Source: a virus. From it: a DNA stretch of 64,000 nucleotides. Below the pieces are notes generated by a model. The model worked only from the letters and a program-made list of their open reading frames with translations, was not told the origin of the DNA and made no database searches. The stretch covers positions 83,903 through 147,902 of IMG/VR virus record IMGVR_UViG_3300022745_000020. One strand, written 5' to 3'. The position numbers were made by a program, and so were the translations under genes. The first letter of the stretch is position 1. Every line of letters starts with the position of its first letter. Shown in pieces: positions 18,701 to 27,975 of the stretch.

Positions 18701-20052
18701 ATCGCCGATCGATGACCAAGGACACTCGCATCATGCACCCCTCTCATCAGGGGGTGATCTCAGAGGCCACAGTCGATAGCTCCGATACTGGCATCAACGT
18801 CTTTTTGTCACCCAATGCAAAATTCAAAAATGCATTGGGTATGATTGATAAGTACGATTATAACAAAGACGGCATGCCCTCTACGCTGTCGAGCAGTGCA
18901 CTGGTGTGTGCAGCCAGCACCAACGACGATATGCGTCGAGTGGCATTCATCTCGATTCAGCAGGCTCATTCAGTGGCCTGTGCGGGCTATCACCAGTCGA
19001 CTGTGCGCACGGGTTATGAGGAGATCGTGCCTCAGCGCACAGGCTCGATGTATGCCATCACGGCTAAGAAGCCAGGTCGTGTCACCGATATCAATGAGCA
19101 CGGAGTCATCGTCACCTACGACGATGGTGAAATACTTGGCTATGAAACAGGTATTCGCTGTGGAAAGGCCGCTGGTTTGGTTATCCCACACCGCATCGTC
19201 TGTCCATTGAAGAAGGGCGATAAGCTGGAGGTGGGAGACCCCATCATCTACAACAGTGGGTTTTTTGAGCCTGACTTCTTCAATCCTAAAAAGATCGTCT
19301 GGAAGAACTCGATGGATGCGACCACAGTGCTGTGGGAGTCGGTGGACACTCACGATGACGCCTCATCCATCTCAGTGGAGTTTTCCAAGCGCATGCGCAC
19401 CACGGTTGCTAAGGTCAAGACAGTGGTCGTACCTTTTGACACAGTGGTCTCACGATTGATTTCAGTGGGCAAAGAGGTGGAGTTTGGCACGAGTGTGTGC
19501 GTGCTGCAAGACAGCGTCAGTGCCGCCTCGGGGGCGTTTGATGAGACGACTCTGGACTCCCTATCGGAGTTATCTACTCAGTCTCCTAAAGCAGGTGTCA
19601 AGGGCACAGTGGTCAATGTCGAGATCTACTACCACGGTGACTTAGACGATATGAGTGACTCGCTGAAGTCACTGGCCAGGGCCAGCGATAAACGACTAGC
19701 AGATAAGGCCAAGGCACTGGGTAAATCCATCTATACCGGACAAGTCGATTCTGGTTTTCGCATCGATGGAGATCCATTGGCGCTCGATCATGCGGCCATA
19801 CAGATCACCATCACTCAAGACGTCGGTATGGGTGTGGGCGATAAGGGCGTCTTCGGCGCTCAGCTCAAGAGCGTGATCTCCGCGACCATGAGCCAGCCCA
19901 TGACGACCAAGTCCGGTCGTCAAATCGACGCCATCTTTGGATACAAGAGCATCGATGATCGCATCGTCTTTAGCCCATACATCCTAGGCTCTACATCGAT
20001 GGTGCTAGAGGCCTTGGCTGAGAAGATGGTGCAGGAATATTACTCGTCTTGA
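15751..20052 (+). CDS. virion RNA polymerase beta-like subunit (phiKZ gp178-like)
   Basis: 1433 aa; GTGGR, EATVDSSDTG, QQAH, VRTGYE, GDKGVFGAQLKSVI beta motifs. Confidence 0.92.
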   Translation: MLSRLDNTRFYRAYGIYRTSQLTQPHLANSSAFALPYNSIFHYCSWDGIGYGPMADDPIFTGINKPVYIFNIHMLNSYEGAPRRVSVNIPDMERDLRGKNRRLRTLKDIASLNNDTQTLVVYNYDFIPHCYRYTKNLYTRYSKWSNLYTEIISQIARVSHSSEHHQFLKINIPQILPSLAQLNTAAKDTPIKSSMLKIFTEERAYTLLDLWKWLSADRHTSILSLIPKEKLHLINFIVQDGSVWSVLNLGFLDSVRDDGESKAQKAEDVPGAIEEKISPIQLQKRVLVYLMRIMESRTVTANLSDKQITELEQTGSIGDDQDDTPGSEASDPQSSAAVTVDAPSDSNAPIDQRMILDEGEGDEAMLKMLEDEQIDEKLNQLNAISVDESEVSAGVTLKHVLSQSAPTPEQGFAVHLNHLAQTGNISAAEMSRFNKLSQRYKELPSPDPKKTLDQYTQVKHEDLAVDANTPVFKDSQSVLDKNMLKGSLESFDSSYRQKALKQHTVAMALGVQHAGVAVTDYSVERNESILGKYDLHVVRLAPIQGSPSTISFRVPHLNDDGTFTANGTDYRLRKQFSDIPLRKIGPDEVALTSYYGKLFVRRGLKKSHDLTAWLHDEIMAKYYSEDKSPIVEIKTAYTFDNLPKLPRLYTAAAHSFREILTDKYRLIFDRDSLIKEVDGHTLGVETTHAGMTLCGMSRTEVVLMDEYGNLYTIPASHLEAEPTLIGSMLSYLGLSQSSCPVEYAQLSIYGKDIPLGFVLAYYMGLNGLIDTLKVDVRRVPAGTRVKLDELTEYAVAFSDETLVFPKDNTLASMVLAGFNLYAKILKLYSVYSFDQKAVYLNILEANAMSVRYVREMDLIEQMFIDPITLMRLKALKLPQTLKGLLFESARMLLTDQHPDEMDLNYMNIKGSELIAGAVYAELVQSLRVHNAQYGKSNRKIEMNPHAVWTRIVDDPVKMQESQINPLMELKSIEAVTFSGTGGRNRRSMTKDTRIMHPSHQGVISEATVDSSDTGINVFLSPNAKFKNALGMIDKYDYNKDGMPSTLSSSALVCAASTNDDMRRVAFISIQQAHSVACAGYHQSTVRTGYEEIVPQRTGSMYAITAKKPGRVTDINEHGVIVTYDDGEILGYETGIRCGKAAGLVIPHRIVCPLKKGDKLEVGDPIIYNSGFFEPDFFNPKKIVWKNSMDATTVLWESVDTHDDASSISVEFSKRMRTTVAKVKTVVVPFDTVVSRLISVGKEVEFGTSVCVLQDSVSAASGAFDETTLDSLSELSTQSPKAGVKGTVVNVEIYYHGDLDDMSDSLKSLARASDKRLADKAKALGKSIYTGQVDSGFRIDGDPLALDHAAIQITITQDVGMGVGDKGVFGAQLKSVISATMSQPMTTKSGRQIDAIFGYKSIDDRIVFSPYILGSTSMVLEALAEKMVQEYYSS

Positions 20053-20068
20053 TCCATGTATGTGGCAG

Positions 20069-20101
20069 GGATGCGGCTGGTGATGTGGAGCCGCATCCTT
20101 T
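20069..20101 (+). terminator. hairpin after virion RNAP beta gene
   Basis: GGATGCGGCT...AGCCGCATCC then TTT. Confidence 0.55.
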
Positions 20102-20167
20102 GACCACTGACTCACTCATGAGTAAATTCTCTATAGTTTTGACACACAAGAAAGGTTCTTTTGTAAC

Positions 20168-20374
20168 ATGAGCACTCCCATCGACAAGACCAGTGCAGTG
20201 GTGGCCGCAGTGGCCATCTCACTGGCACAAGAAATCATCGAACAGACCAGCGATGAGAATTTCTCCGATATGCTCCAGGGTAATGTCATCACTGGGGCGA
20301 TACTGGCTCAGATGGTGGCCACCTCTGCTGCTCAGCGTCTGAGCAGCAGCACCAAGCTCAATCAAGGGGCGTGA
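20168..20374 (+). CDS. small hypothetical protein
   Basis: 68 aa, RBS AAAGG, coupled to the next gene. Confidence 0.7.
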   Translation: MSTPIDKTSAVVAAVAISLAQEIIEQTSDENFSDMLQGNVITGAILAQMVATSAAQRLSSSTKLNQGA

Positions 20375-20375
20375 T

Positions 20376-21803
20376 ATGATCAGCTACAACGCGGCCAAAG
20401 AAGCCTACACCTTGGCCAGTGAAGCCGCTGCCAAGGGCCTGAAGCTCTCAGCTCAGAATGGCTCAGTCGTGGCCATCCTGGCCAATAAGCTCTATGGGGG
20501 ACTGAGCGTCCTCGAAGAAAAGCAAGACCTCACACCCGAGTATATCGCCTCGCTGGCTCAAAACGTGCAAGGTGGCACCTCTAACGAGACGTTCATCCAA
20601 GTGCTCGATAAGACCGCGACGAGTGTGGCCAAGGCCGTGCAATCACATCTGTCATATGCGCGCAATGTGGTCATGCCTGTGATCTCTGACTTGGTGGTGG
20701 CTCTGGAGCTCGTGCAAAAAGAACTCATGCAAGAGGCCAGCCGCGATCTCAAGATCGTGGTGCAATCCATCCCAGCTCCGCTGAAAGCTGCCAGTCTGCG
20801 AGAGCACCTGCAGAGCTATCGAGACGCCCGTGTCTATGATCGCAAGAGTCTGCGGGGCTCGGCTCGGGAGGCTGGTGATCTGCGTGAGACCGTGCGAGAG
20901 GCCATCCCGGGTCTGGAAGAAGAACTCACCGCCTGGGTCAACACCCTCGATGATGCGTTTATCTCTTCGGTGTGGAGTGAGCGATTCATGGCCAGTGGCA
21001 ACTGGACTGGTTATGAGCGCACGCTCGACTATGATCTGCTGGTGTATATCCTGGCCGGGCGAGTGGTGGATAACCCCAGTGAAGGCTCTGAAGTCTCCCT
21101 GTCTCAGTGGAACACCACTGCTAACGAGATCCACGTCGAAGCCGGACGCAATCTGTGTGCGGCATTGGCTCGCTACGATGCGGCTGTGCAGCTCGGCGAT
21201 ATGATCGTCGACTACAGCGATGACTCCATCACGGTCAATGAGCCGCTATACAAGCGCTGGATCGATGAAGGTGGGGACAACGCCTCAATCATGGGCGCTA
21301 CGGTTCAAGCCCGTGTGCCTACGAGCATCCACGTCATCGCTGAGAACCGCGTCAAGTACGCCACCGATTGGGCTCGTCACTTATCTATGCGTGCGAGCAC
21401 TGTAGCCACTCGACGCTTCATGATGCTGCGTGATCGTCTGAGTCTGCTGGTGCACACTGAAGTGCGCGATCACTACAAGCAGATCTATGCGGCTTGGAAT
21501 CCAGATGAGAACACGTATATCAAACTCGAGCCCTATGTGCGCTTTCAAGCGCTGCTCAAGGAGAAGGTGCAGACTCTGAAGTCTGTGGACTTCGATGACT
21601 TGTGGAAGCTCTCTCGCGATGTACTGTGCGATACGGTGTTTTACTTCACCGATGCAAAGTCCATCCTGGAGTATCGTGAGCATGCATTTGCGCTCAACCG
21701 AGACTTGAGCAGCGATGATGCCGATCTGCTGGCTCGCATCGAGTACGTGGTGGACTACGTCTTCGATCAAGTCAACGTGGTCGATGCATATTCGACTCGG
21801 TAA
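20376..21803 (+). CDS. conserved core protein (phiKZ gp177-like by synteny)
   Basis: 475 aa, follows the virion RNAP beta gene. Confidence 0.65.
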   Translation: MISYNAAKEAYTLASEAAAKGLKLSAQNGSVVAILANKLYGGLSVLEEKQDLTPEYIASLAQNVQGGTSNETFIQVLDKTATSVAKAVQSHLSYARNVVMPVISDLVVALELVQKELMQEASRDLKIVVQSIPAPLKAASLREHLQSYRDARVYDRKSLRGSAREAGDLRETVREAIPGLEEELTAWVNTLDDAFISSVWSERFMASGNWTGYERTLDYDLLVYILAGRVVDNPSEGSEVSLSQWNTTANEIHVEAGRNLCAALARYDAAVQLGDMIVDYSDDSITVNEPLYKRWIDEGGDNASIMGATVQARVPTSIHVIAENRVKYATDWARHLSMRASTVATRRFMMLRDRLSLLVHTEVRDHYKQIYAAWNPDENTYIKLEPYVRFQALLKEKVQTLKSVDFDDLWKLSRDVLCDTVFYFTDAKSILEYREHAFALNRDLSSDDADLLARIEYVVDYVFDQVNVVDAYSTR

Positions 21804-21816
21804 AGACAGCATATAG

Positions 21817-21858
21817 TGCCCCGATGCATACAGCAGTGACCGCTGTATGCATCGGGCA
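21817..21858. terminator. 15-bp stem hairpin
   Basis: CCCGATGCATACAGC-agtgacc-GCTGTATGCATCGGG. Confidence 0.7.
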
Positions 21859-21910
21859 TGTATGCCGGTGTCTATAGAGATACACAGCCAAGTGTAGGAG
21901 AGAAAAATAG

Positions 21911-22642
21911 ATGTCCATACAATCACTCAAATGGATCCGAGATCCTGAACGTGTGAGGGCCACACGAGTCAGGCTCGAAGACGGCAGTGTCATCACCAAG
22001 ACAGGATGCAAGATCATCTTGCCTGCCAGGTACGAGGAAAAGGGGCTGATCGTCATCGGCACAAACACCTCCATCGTGGGTCTGTTTGCCATGGTGCTCG
22101 ACGATGGTGCTTATGCCGTCAGTATGATCAACGCCATGATCAACATCGATCCAGTCTCACACCGTAAAATCAAAATTGGTGTAGAAGACTACTATGAATT
22201 CACCTTCAACAAAGGCGGTACTCTATATAAGAACACCACACTGGTGAAGTCTGCTAACGTGGTCTATCAGTTGTATGTGGAGTTGCTCAGTGGGGGAAAG
22301 ATCCCTTTCTATCTGGGCTATGAGGACATGGCTAGACTCTTTGATACCGCTAAGAAACACGCTGGCAGTGTGGTGGGCACCAATAGAGAAGTCACTGAGT
22401 TGATCGTATCGCTGATGGCTAGGCGCAAAGATGACCTGACCAAATACTACCGAGAGGGGATTAAATCTCGCAGTGAACTGGTGAGTAACCCCCCTACATT
22501 TGTGGCACTGAGAAACGTATCGTTTACTCCGAGCAACACCACCGATAGACTGGGTGGGTCGTATTTTGAAGTGGGTATGGTGGCTGCATTGAACAACCCC
22601 ACTGAGAGACCTGAGCGCATCGAGACGATACTGCGTAGGTGA
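21911..22642 (+). CDS. conserved core protein (phiKZ gp176-like by synteny)
   Basis: 243 aa, RBS AGGAG; C-terminal LGGSYF...ALNNPTERPERIETILR. Confidence 0.7.
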   Translation: MSIQSLKWIRDPERVRATRVRLEDGSVITKTGCKIILPARYEEKGLIVIGTNTSIVGLFAMVLDDGAYAVSMINAMINIDPVSHRKIKIGVEDYYEFTFNKGGTLYKNTTLVKSANVVYQLYVELLSGGKIPFYLGYEDMARLFDTAKKHAGSVVGTNREVTELIVSLMARRKDDLTKYYREGIKSRSELVSNPPTFVALRNVSFTPSNTTDRLGGSYFEVGMVAALNNPTERPERIETILRR

Positions 22643-22656
22643 CGATGTTGTGATAT

Positions 22657-22705
22657 ATACACTCCCTCTACTGGTGCACTGAATGCACCAGTAGAGGGAG
22701 TGTAT
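22657..22705. terminator. 22-bp perfect-stem hairpin at the left border of the accessory island
   Basis: ATACACTCCCTCTACTGGTGCA-ctgaa-TGCACCAGTAGAGGGAGTGTAT. Confidence 0.8.
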
Positions 22706-22711
22706 GTCTAC

Positions 22712-22747
22712 TGCATAAATTTATGACCCTATATTATCACATGGAGT
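22712..22747 (+). promoter_or_regulatory. putative early promoter
   Basis: TGCATAAATTTATGACCCTATATTATCACATGGAG; core at 22730-22737. Confidence 0.7.
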
Positions 22748-22795
22748 TCCCATTACTAAACACCCCCCTTCAACCTCACACAGGAGAATCTCATC

Positions 22796-23368
22796 ATGGC
22801 TTTCACTAAACTGTCCCCCTCACGCATCGCAGCACTTAACATCAAAGGCTTGACGTCTGATGTACCGATGGAGTGCCACGATGTCTGCAAGCTGATTGCG
22901 CACACCGAGCTTAACGCACTACTTTTTAGTGCGCTGCAATATCGCCCTTTGATGAAATCTGGAGTTCAGTTCCATAAGGAGATAGTGGAGCACATTCTCG
23001 GATTGGCTTTTAAAATCATCCACTCACCGGGGCTTTATGTCGATCAAGCTGTGATGAGTTACTCAAAACTCTTCTATGAGTCGGCTGTAGAGCTATCTTC
23101 TCGTAAAATCAACTTTGCTGAGTTTTACGAGATTATGAAAAAACTCAGTGTGATGTACATCGAGCAGCTTGGTGCAATGGAGGTGCAATATCTGGAGATG
23201 TGCGGGTGTATCTACAGAGGTGCTGTCGACGTCGCGGCGCTTCAGGTGGATCAGTTCATTCGAGCCGCGATCGATCGTGCTCATGAAAACAAGGCAGCCA
23301 TCAGCGCCATATCGGGCGAGATTGTGGTCTTTAAAGCTCAAGTGATCCAGTGGTTAGCCGATTGCTGA
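22796..23368 (+). CDS. hypothetical early protein
   Basis: 190 aa, RBS AGGAG. Confidence 0.8.
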   Translation: MAFTKLSPSRIAALNIKGLTSDVPMECHDVCKLIAHTELNALLFSALQYRPLMKSGVQFHKEIVEHILGLAFKIIHSPGLYVDQAVMSYSKLFYESAVELSSRKINFAEFYEIMKKLSVMYIEQLGAMEVQYLEMCGCIYRGAVDVAALQVDQFIRAAIDRAHENKAAISAISGEIVVFKAQVIQWLADC

Positions 23369-23406
23369 ACGGATATACCCCATACACCAATCCACAGGAG
23401 ACAGAG

Positions 23407-23988
23407 ATGTTTCTTATTCCCACATCGGTAGTGCATAACTACCTCTTCGATAACGGATACCATCACGAGCTATCGGAGTTAATTGCAAGGGCTAAGCTCA
23501 AGCCCGATACCCAAGTGCATCTCAGGGAGTTAAACAGATACCTCAGCACCGAGGTGATGTTGGAGTTGGCATCATTTATTCCTGAGTCCGATAAACTCTG
23601 GAATAAGTTCTTCCACGGACTTATCCAATATGTGACTCATACCGTGTTCGAGCTCAAGCACGATGAGTTCTGCGCCTGGTGGCTCGCCAGTATAACCATG
23701 ACTGAGTATGGCTCCACCTACTCAGCGGGTAAGTATTTATCTCAAGTGATCCCCCTGACAGAAGGGGAGATCAACCCTCACAATTACGCTCACATCTACG
23801 AGCTTTTGAAATTGGAGCTGCTGCACTATAGCATAGTTCCAGGTCCTGTCAAAAAGATCGATCATCGACAGGACCTGGAAGTCCTCAGTGTGAAGATGTT
23901 CAAGAAGATCTTCAGGATCGATCGCACTCGATCGATCCTTCGGGTGATCCATCACAAGACGCTCACACTCACCATCGGCTCTATCTGA
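23407..23988 (+). CDS. hypothetical early protein
   Basis: RBS AGGAG before ATG 23407. Confidence 0.8.
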   Translation: MFLIPTSVVHNYLFDNGYHHELSELIARAKLKPDTQVHLRELNRYLSTEVMLELASFIPESDKLWNKFFHGLIQYVTHTVFELKHDEFCAWWLASITMTEYGSTYSAGKYLSQVIPLTEGEINPHNYAHIYELLKLELLHYSIVPGPVKKIDHRQDLEVLSVKMFKKIFRIDRTRSILRVIHHKTLTLTIGSI

Positions 23989-24024
23989 GCCTAACTCCCA
24001 CAAACTGTGAAAAGGAACCCTACC

Positions 24025-24183
24025 ATGTCTGACATGACTAACTCTAACTCCTCACAATACGTCAATCTACTCCGCCAAGAGCTCATGCGAGCGCTGAAGA
24101 AAGCCGTGGATGCTCTGCCGTCCGATGAAGGTGCATCCGACGACTCCGACGCAGTCAGTGAAAAGGTGACTCGGGTATTCTAA
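24025..24183 (+). CDS. small hypothetical protein (52 aa, not in ORF track)
   Basis: RBS AAAGGA; MSDMTNSNSSQYVNLLRQELMRALKKAVDAL... Confidence 0.65.
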   Translation: MSDMTNSNSSQYVNLLRQELMRALKKAVDALPSDEGASDDSDAVSEKVTRVF

Positions 24184-24265
24184 ACGTCAGTCAGACCGAG
24201 GTAGGTACCTACAAATAAACAAGTACCTACTCGATAGCATAACGAACACACAGGAGAATGCAATC

Positions 24266-24508
24266 ATGAGTGAAGACCAAATCAAAGTCAACCACATCCG
24301 CAGGCTCTATGAGAATCGTCCTGCAGCGATGCAGCCCCTTCGTCTGGGGCAGTGGTTTGTCAACGGCATGACGATCTTCGATGATGCGAAATTGGCCAGC
24401 ATCGTCGAGCCCGAACGTGCTCTAGCACACATCATCACCAAGGGCTACTACAAGCTCGATCTGAGCGCGCTGGAGCGGCTCAATAGCGGCCAAGTCAAGA
24501 AGTTCTAA
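24266..24508 (+). CDS. small hypothetical protein
   Basis: 80 aa, RBS AGGAG. Confidence 0.75.
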   Translation: MSEDQIKVNHIRRLYENRPAAMQPLRLGQWFVNGMTIFDDAKLASIVEPERALAHIITKGYYKLDLSALERLNSGQVKKF

Positions 24509-24514
24509 TACGTG

Positions 24515-24549
24515 TCTGATCGTACTCGAGCTACTCGAGTACGATCAGA
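24515..24549. terminator. 16-bp perfect-stem hairpin
   Basis: TCTGATCGTACTCGAG-cta-CTCGAGTACGATCAGA. Confidence 0.65.
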
Positions 24550-24581
24550 TCGATCCAATTGGCACAAAAGGAGAATCCGGT

Positions 24582-25205
24582 ATGAATGAAGTAAACAAGA
24601 TCACGTTGGGTCAGCTCACCTGCCAAGCTACTCATCTGGGCTACCCAGACCCAGTGAGTCTTGAGCAGATACTGCGAGAAAAAGGCACTCTCACCTTCTT
24701 GTGCTTACTCGATCGCATCGAGGTGGCCAATGCACGACGTTGCCTCTCGTACAGGTTCTTACAAGTGCTGCTGTTCATTTACGTGGACAGCGCCATCTGT
24801 CTGAGTAAAGGTGTAGCCAAGATCTATAACGAGTTGGGGATTAATCAACTCGAGATCGATGGGAATGACTACACCGCTCCAGTGTTTGGACAGCAGTACC
24901 TCAAGACGCTGAGTGATCACTATTTGAGTGATCAATCCCCTTTGACCGTGTACGATAAAGCTCTGGTCAACGCTCTATCTCACTTCGATCACCCCTGGGT
25001 GATACACAGCTCCCTCACCACTCTAGGCGGAGTGAAGGGTCGTATCCTAGCTCAGAGCGGGTACATGCTCTGGCTAGGAGATGATGGTATGTTCTATGCA
25101 GGATGCAGAGGTCCTTGGACCAAAGAACAAGCACTAGCCCACTGGGGATCCCGTGAAGATGAACGTGCAGTCATCTTCACCAAAGCCATCAAAGAGCTGG
25201 AGTAA
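24582..25205 (+). CDS. hypothetical protein with C-terminal AGCR...EQALAHW module
   Basis: 207 aa, RBS AAGGAG. Confidence 0.8.
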   Translation: MNEVNKITLGQLTCQATHLGYPDPVSLEQILREKGTLTFLCLLDRIEVANARRCLSYRFLQVLLFIYVDSAICLSKGVAKIYNELGINQLEIDGNDYTAPVFGQQYLKTLSDHYLSDQSPLTVYDKALVNALSHFDHPWVIHSSLTTLGGVKGRILAQSGYMLWLGDDGMFYAGCRGPWTKEQALAHWGSREDERAVIFTKAIKELE

Positions 25206-25216
25206 GGTGTAAAGGA

Positions 25217-25271
25217 TAGATACAGTGGACTCCCCAGTCCACTGTATCTACTGATCTATTTTTTTATTTTT
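25217..25271 (+). terminator. hairpin plus T-run
   Basis: TAGATACAGTGGACT-cccc-AGTCCACTGTATCTA then T-rich tract. Confidence 0.8.
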
Positions 25272-25286
25272 CTCCTTACTACGTAA

Positions 25287-25323
25287 TGCATTTTTCTACA
25301 GTCGTATATTACTTAAGTGAGAG
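25287..25323 (+). promoter_or_regulatory. putative early promoter
   Basis: Exact TATATTAC at 25305-25312 in TGCATTTTTCTACAGTCGTATATTACTTAAGTGAG. Confidence 0.75.
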
Positions 25324-25376
25324 GAATTTCCTCATCAACCAATCAACCCTATCTTTACTCTACACAGGAGTACATC

Positions 25377-25610
25377 ATGCAAGAATACGCAGATCTGATC
25401 AAGTCCATCCAAGAAGCAACCGATGCCCACACGGCTCGTACAGGCATCGAGCAGCTGTACAAACTCTTTGATGACCCGGTGGCTATCGAGATGGCCATCG
25501 AGGTTGGTATCGTGGAGAAGTCAGATAACGGTCGATATTGGAGTATCGATGTGGCGCTGCAGTATGCGACCAGTAAAACATCGTCTCTGACCTATCTGAT
25601 CCCCCAGTGA
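25377..25610 (+). CDS. small hypothetical early protein
   Basis: RBS AGGAG, ATG 25377. Confidence 0.75.
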   Translation: MQEYADLIKSIQEATDAHTARTGIEQLYKLFDDPVAIEMAIEVGIVEKSDNGRYWSIDVALQYATSKTSSLTYLIPQ

Positions 25611-25677
25611 ATCCCCCACAGGTGAGGTGCTCTCGCACCTCACCTGTCTTATCCATCGCCTTGAAAGGGAATGAAAC

Positions 25678-26004
25678 ATGGCATCAGAAATCCGTAAGGT
25701 CTATGATGACATCTGCGCAGCATTGCGCATTGTTGCCCCGGCACTGCAACACTACATGGAACATAAGGGTCACTCATGCTCACTGATCCTGTATGTGGTG
25801 GCCAGTCATCTGCCACATACCCAGAAGTGTTTGAACGATTGCGTGGACCTAGCGACAGTGATGCTCAAAGTCCATGGATGTGAAGTGCTACAGCCCTGGA
25901 GAGGAAATCCTCAAAGCACTGAGAACTACTACGGGTATGAGGCAGTTTACCAAAACTGCGAAACGGGCGGTACATTTACTGTGCGCATCTCATCGCACCT
26001 CTGA
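25678..26004 (+). CDS. hypothetical protein
   Basis: 108 aa, RBS AAGGGA. Confidence 0.75.
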   Translation: MASEIRKVYDDICAALRIVAPALQHYMEHKGHSCSLILYVVASHLPHTQKCLNDCVDLATVMLKVHGCEVLQPWRGNPQSTENYYGYEAVYQNCETGGTFTVRISSHL

Positions 26005-26051
26005 CCCCCCTGCACACATAACGCGCTCACCAGCGCTAGGAGAATGACATC

Positions 26052-26291
26052 ATGACTTCACACCAAGAACAAATGGATGCATTGAGTGCTCGATTCATTG
26101 AGTTGCAAAAGGAACTCTGCCGCGTTCGCCTGAATGCTTGCCGAGCTGAGTTGCGCAACCCTCAGATCAACCACGTCGTGCGCAAGGAAGCGGAGAGTCG
26201 CATCCAAGCAGCTGCACGCAGCCTGAACACAGGTTCCCCCTGTGTGAGCCTGATTGTGCAGATCGAGCATTTGCTCGATCTGGATGAGTGA
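26052..26291 (+). CDS. small helical hypothetical protein
   Basis: 79 aa, RBS AGGAG. Confidence 0.75.
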   Translation: MTSHQEQMDALSARFIELQKELCRVRLNACRAELRNPQINHVVRKEAESRIQAAARSLNTGSPCVSLIVQIEHLLDLDE

Positions 26292-26363
26292 TACCCACCT
26301 CCATCATACGGGGGAGCCTAGACAACTCCCCCCTTTCATTTACTCTTTTTAGGAGAGAGCACC

Positions 26364-26663
26364 ATGATCGAATCGTTTCGTGACTTCGCCCCCACTGAGA
26401 CCGCCGATGACCATCGGACTCTGAGTGAGATGAACAAACCGCTCAAGACCTTCTACGTGAAGGATTTGATCTGCGCGCGCGATAGCGTGCTGGCCAACCC
26501 GTTCCTCGCCTACAATCACCTGAACATCGCCATGCTCAACATGCAAGTCTGTGCAGACATCACGCTGTGGAGTCGCACCAGTGAGATCCGTCACGATGTC
26601 TCTCGGGGTTTGCATCAGATGGCCCATCAAGCACTGGTCAATCTGTGTGATGAGTTGAGCTGA
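26364..26663 (+). CDS. hypothetical protein (probable paralog of the next gene)
   Basis: 99 aa, RBS AGGAG; shares D...GLH..A...L with 26692-26988. Confidence 0.75.
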   Translation: MIESFRDFAPTETADDHRTLSEMNKPLKTFYVKDLICARDSVLANPFLAYNHLNIAMLNMQVCADITLWSRTSEIRHDVSRGLHQMAHQALVNLCDELS

Positions 26664-26691
26664 ACGTTATCTTATCTGAAGGAGTATCGCC

Positions 26692-26988
26692 ATGATCGAC
26701 CTGACTGTCATTTTGCGTCGCCTGTTCGACAGCGCCCCTGTGGCGACTCAGGTGCTCGCGCAGCCCACCTTGTACGAGCGCGCTCAGTCTCACGCTCGCA
26801 GTGCTCTGGAGCATATTCTCAGTAACAACTTGCCTCATGCGCAACGTGACATCTACATCAGCAATCAGTTGTTCAAGCTGGTTGACGATATAGATACACT
26901 GTGTGTAATCGGTCAAGTCGAGCGGGATTTGATGATTGGTCTGCATCATCGAGCGGCTCACCGCTTGCAATCGATCGTACTCAATTGA
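26692..26988 (+). CDS. hypothetical protein (probable paralog of the previous gene)
   Basis: 98 aa, RBS AAGGAG. Confidence 0.75.
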   Translation: MIDLTVILRRLFDSAPVATQVLAQPTLYERAQSHARSALEHILSNNLPHAQRDIYISNQLFKLVDDIDTLCVIGQVERDLMIGLHHRAAHRLQSIVLN

Positions 26989-27010
26989 AACAACATAGAT
27001 ACAGTAAAAT

Positions 27011-27065
27011 CTACACCATTGAGGATCATCTCCTCAGTGGTGTAGAGTCTTTTTTTTTCTTTTTT
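27011..27065 (+). terminator. hairpin plus T-run
   Basis: CTACACCATTGAGGA-tcatc-TCCTCAGTGGTGTAG then T tract. Confidence 0.8.
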
Positions 27066-27074
27066 ACTACGAGT

Positions 27075-27110
27075 TCCAAAAATTTATGGTCATATATTAC
27101 TAATCTGAGT
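27075..27110 (+). promoter_or_regulatory. putative early promoter
   Basis: Exact TATATTAC at 27093-27100 with upstream AAAAATTTA and downstream TGAG. Confidence 0.78.
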
Positions 27111-27175
27111 AGGAAGTTGAATCTTCCTTCACCCAAGCAACCCAATCCTCAATCTTACTCTCACAGGAGTACACC

Positions 27176-27535
27176 ATGAACGCCATCACCACCTCTTGCA
27201 CCACCCTGTTCGCCTCCACCACTGGCGAATCCATCACCCGCCGTGTCAATGGCAACTACTTCGTGCGCGTCGCCTACCATTTCCGACACGCCCTGATGTC
27301 CGAAACCCATGCCCAGCTGCAGGGTGCTTGGTGTGCGATCACCATGTGCGACCGCACCATCGCGATCAAGCGCCTGCGCAATGCTCGTGCCGCCGCCGCG
27401 CTGGCCGGCATGACCATTGATGTCAAGGCCATCGGCGACGCCATCGAGCTGCTCGACCAAGTCAAGATCACCGAGGCGACGAAGGAAGTTGAACGCATCC
27501 ACGCAGCTCTCGAGCTGCGCATGCGTATTCAATAA
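27176..27535 (+). CDS. hypothetical early protein with strongly C-ending codon usage
   Basis: 119 aa, RBS AGGAG, followed by hairpin 27540-27570. Confidence 0.8.
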   Translation: MNAITTSCTTLFASTTGESITRRVNGNYFVRVAYHFRHALMSETHAQLQGAWCAITMCDRTIAIKRLRNARAAAALAGMTIDVKAIGDAIELLDQVKITEATKEVERIHAALELRMRIQ

Positions 27536-27609
27536 GCTCGTAGAGGTAGGGTGCTTCACCCTACCTCTACAGGCTCGCCTCATCATTTTTTTAGCTTTAG
27601 GAGCAAGTC

Positions 27610-27975
27610 ATGGAATTCGTCACCAAGTTCTTCGCGCAGTTGTACAACCCCATCGGCCTGTTCTTCGCACGCCGTCAAGTGCACGCCATCCAAAAATACC
27701 GTCAGGAGATTAATCGTCGAGTGGAGGATTCCCTAGTCGGGGCGACGCATGAACTGTACCTGGTTGAACGGGTGGTCATTTGCTTGGAGTGGGCCTTGGT
27801 CTATTTGAATCAATACAAATACGCCCAAGTCAACGATGAGCTTCATGTCTGCTACAAGACGTGCAAGTGCATCGACTGCCCCGAGTTGGGTGACTACATC
27901 GACTTCCTGATGTGCAAGATGGCGTCTGAGCAGTACGATGTTGTCAAACAGAGACTGAATCTGTTGACGCAGTGA
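27610..27975 (+). CDS. hypothetical protein
   Basis: 121 aa, RBS AGGAG; CKTCKCIDC motif; followed by hairpin 27985-28015 and T-run. Confidence 0.75.
   Translation: MEFVTKFFAQLYNPIGLFFARRQVHAIQKYRQEINRRVEDSLVGATHELYLVERVVICLEWALVYLNQYKYAQVNDELHVCYKTCKCIDCPELGDYIDFLMCKMASEQYDVVKQRLNLLTQ

Noticed and set aside
14099-20052. Introns, inteins or homing endonucleases in RNAP genes (present in phiKZ), also checked for terminase, DNA pol and nvRNAP
   Set aside because: ORFs are continuous, of expected size, and show no HNH, LAGLIDADG or intein motifs
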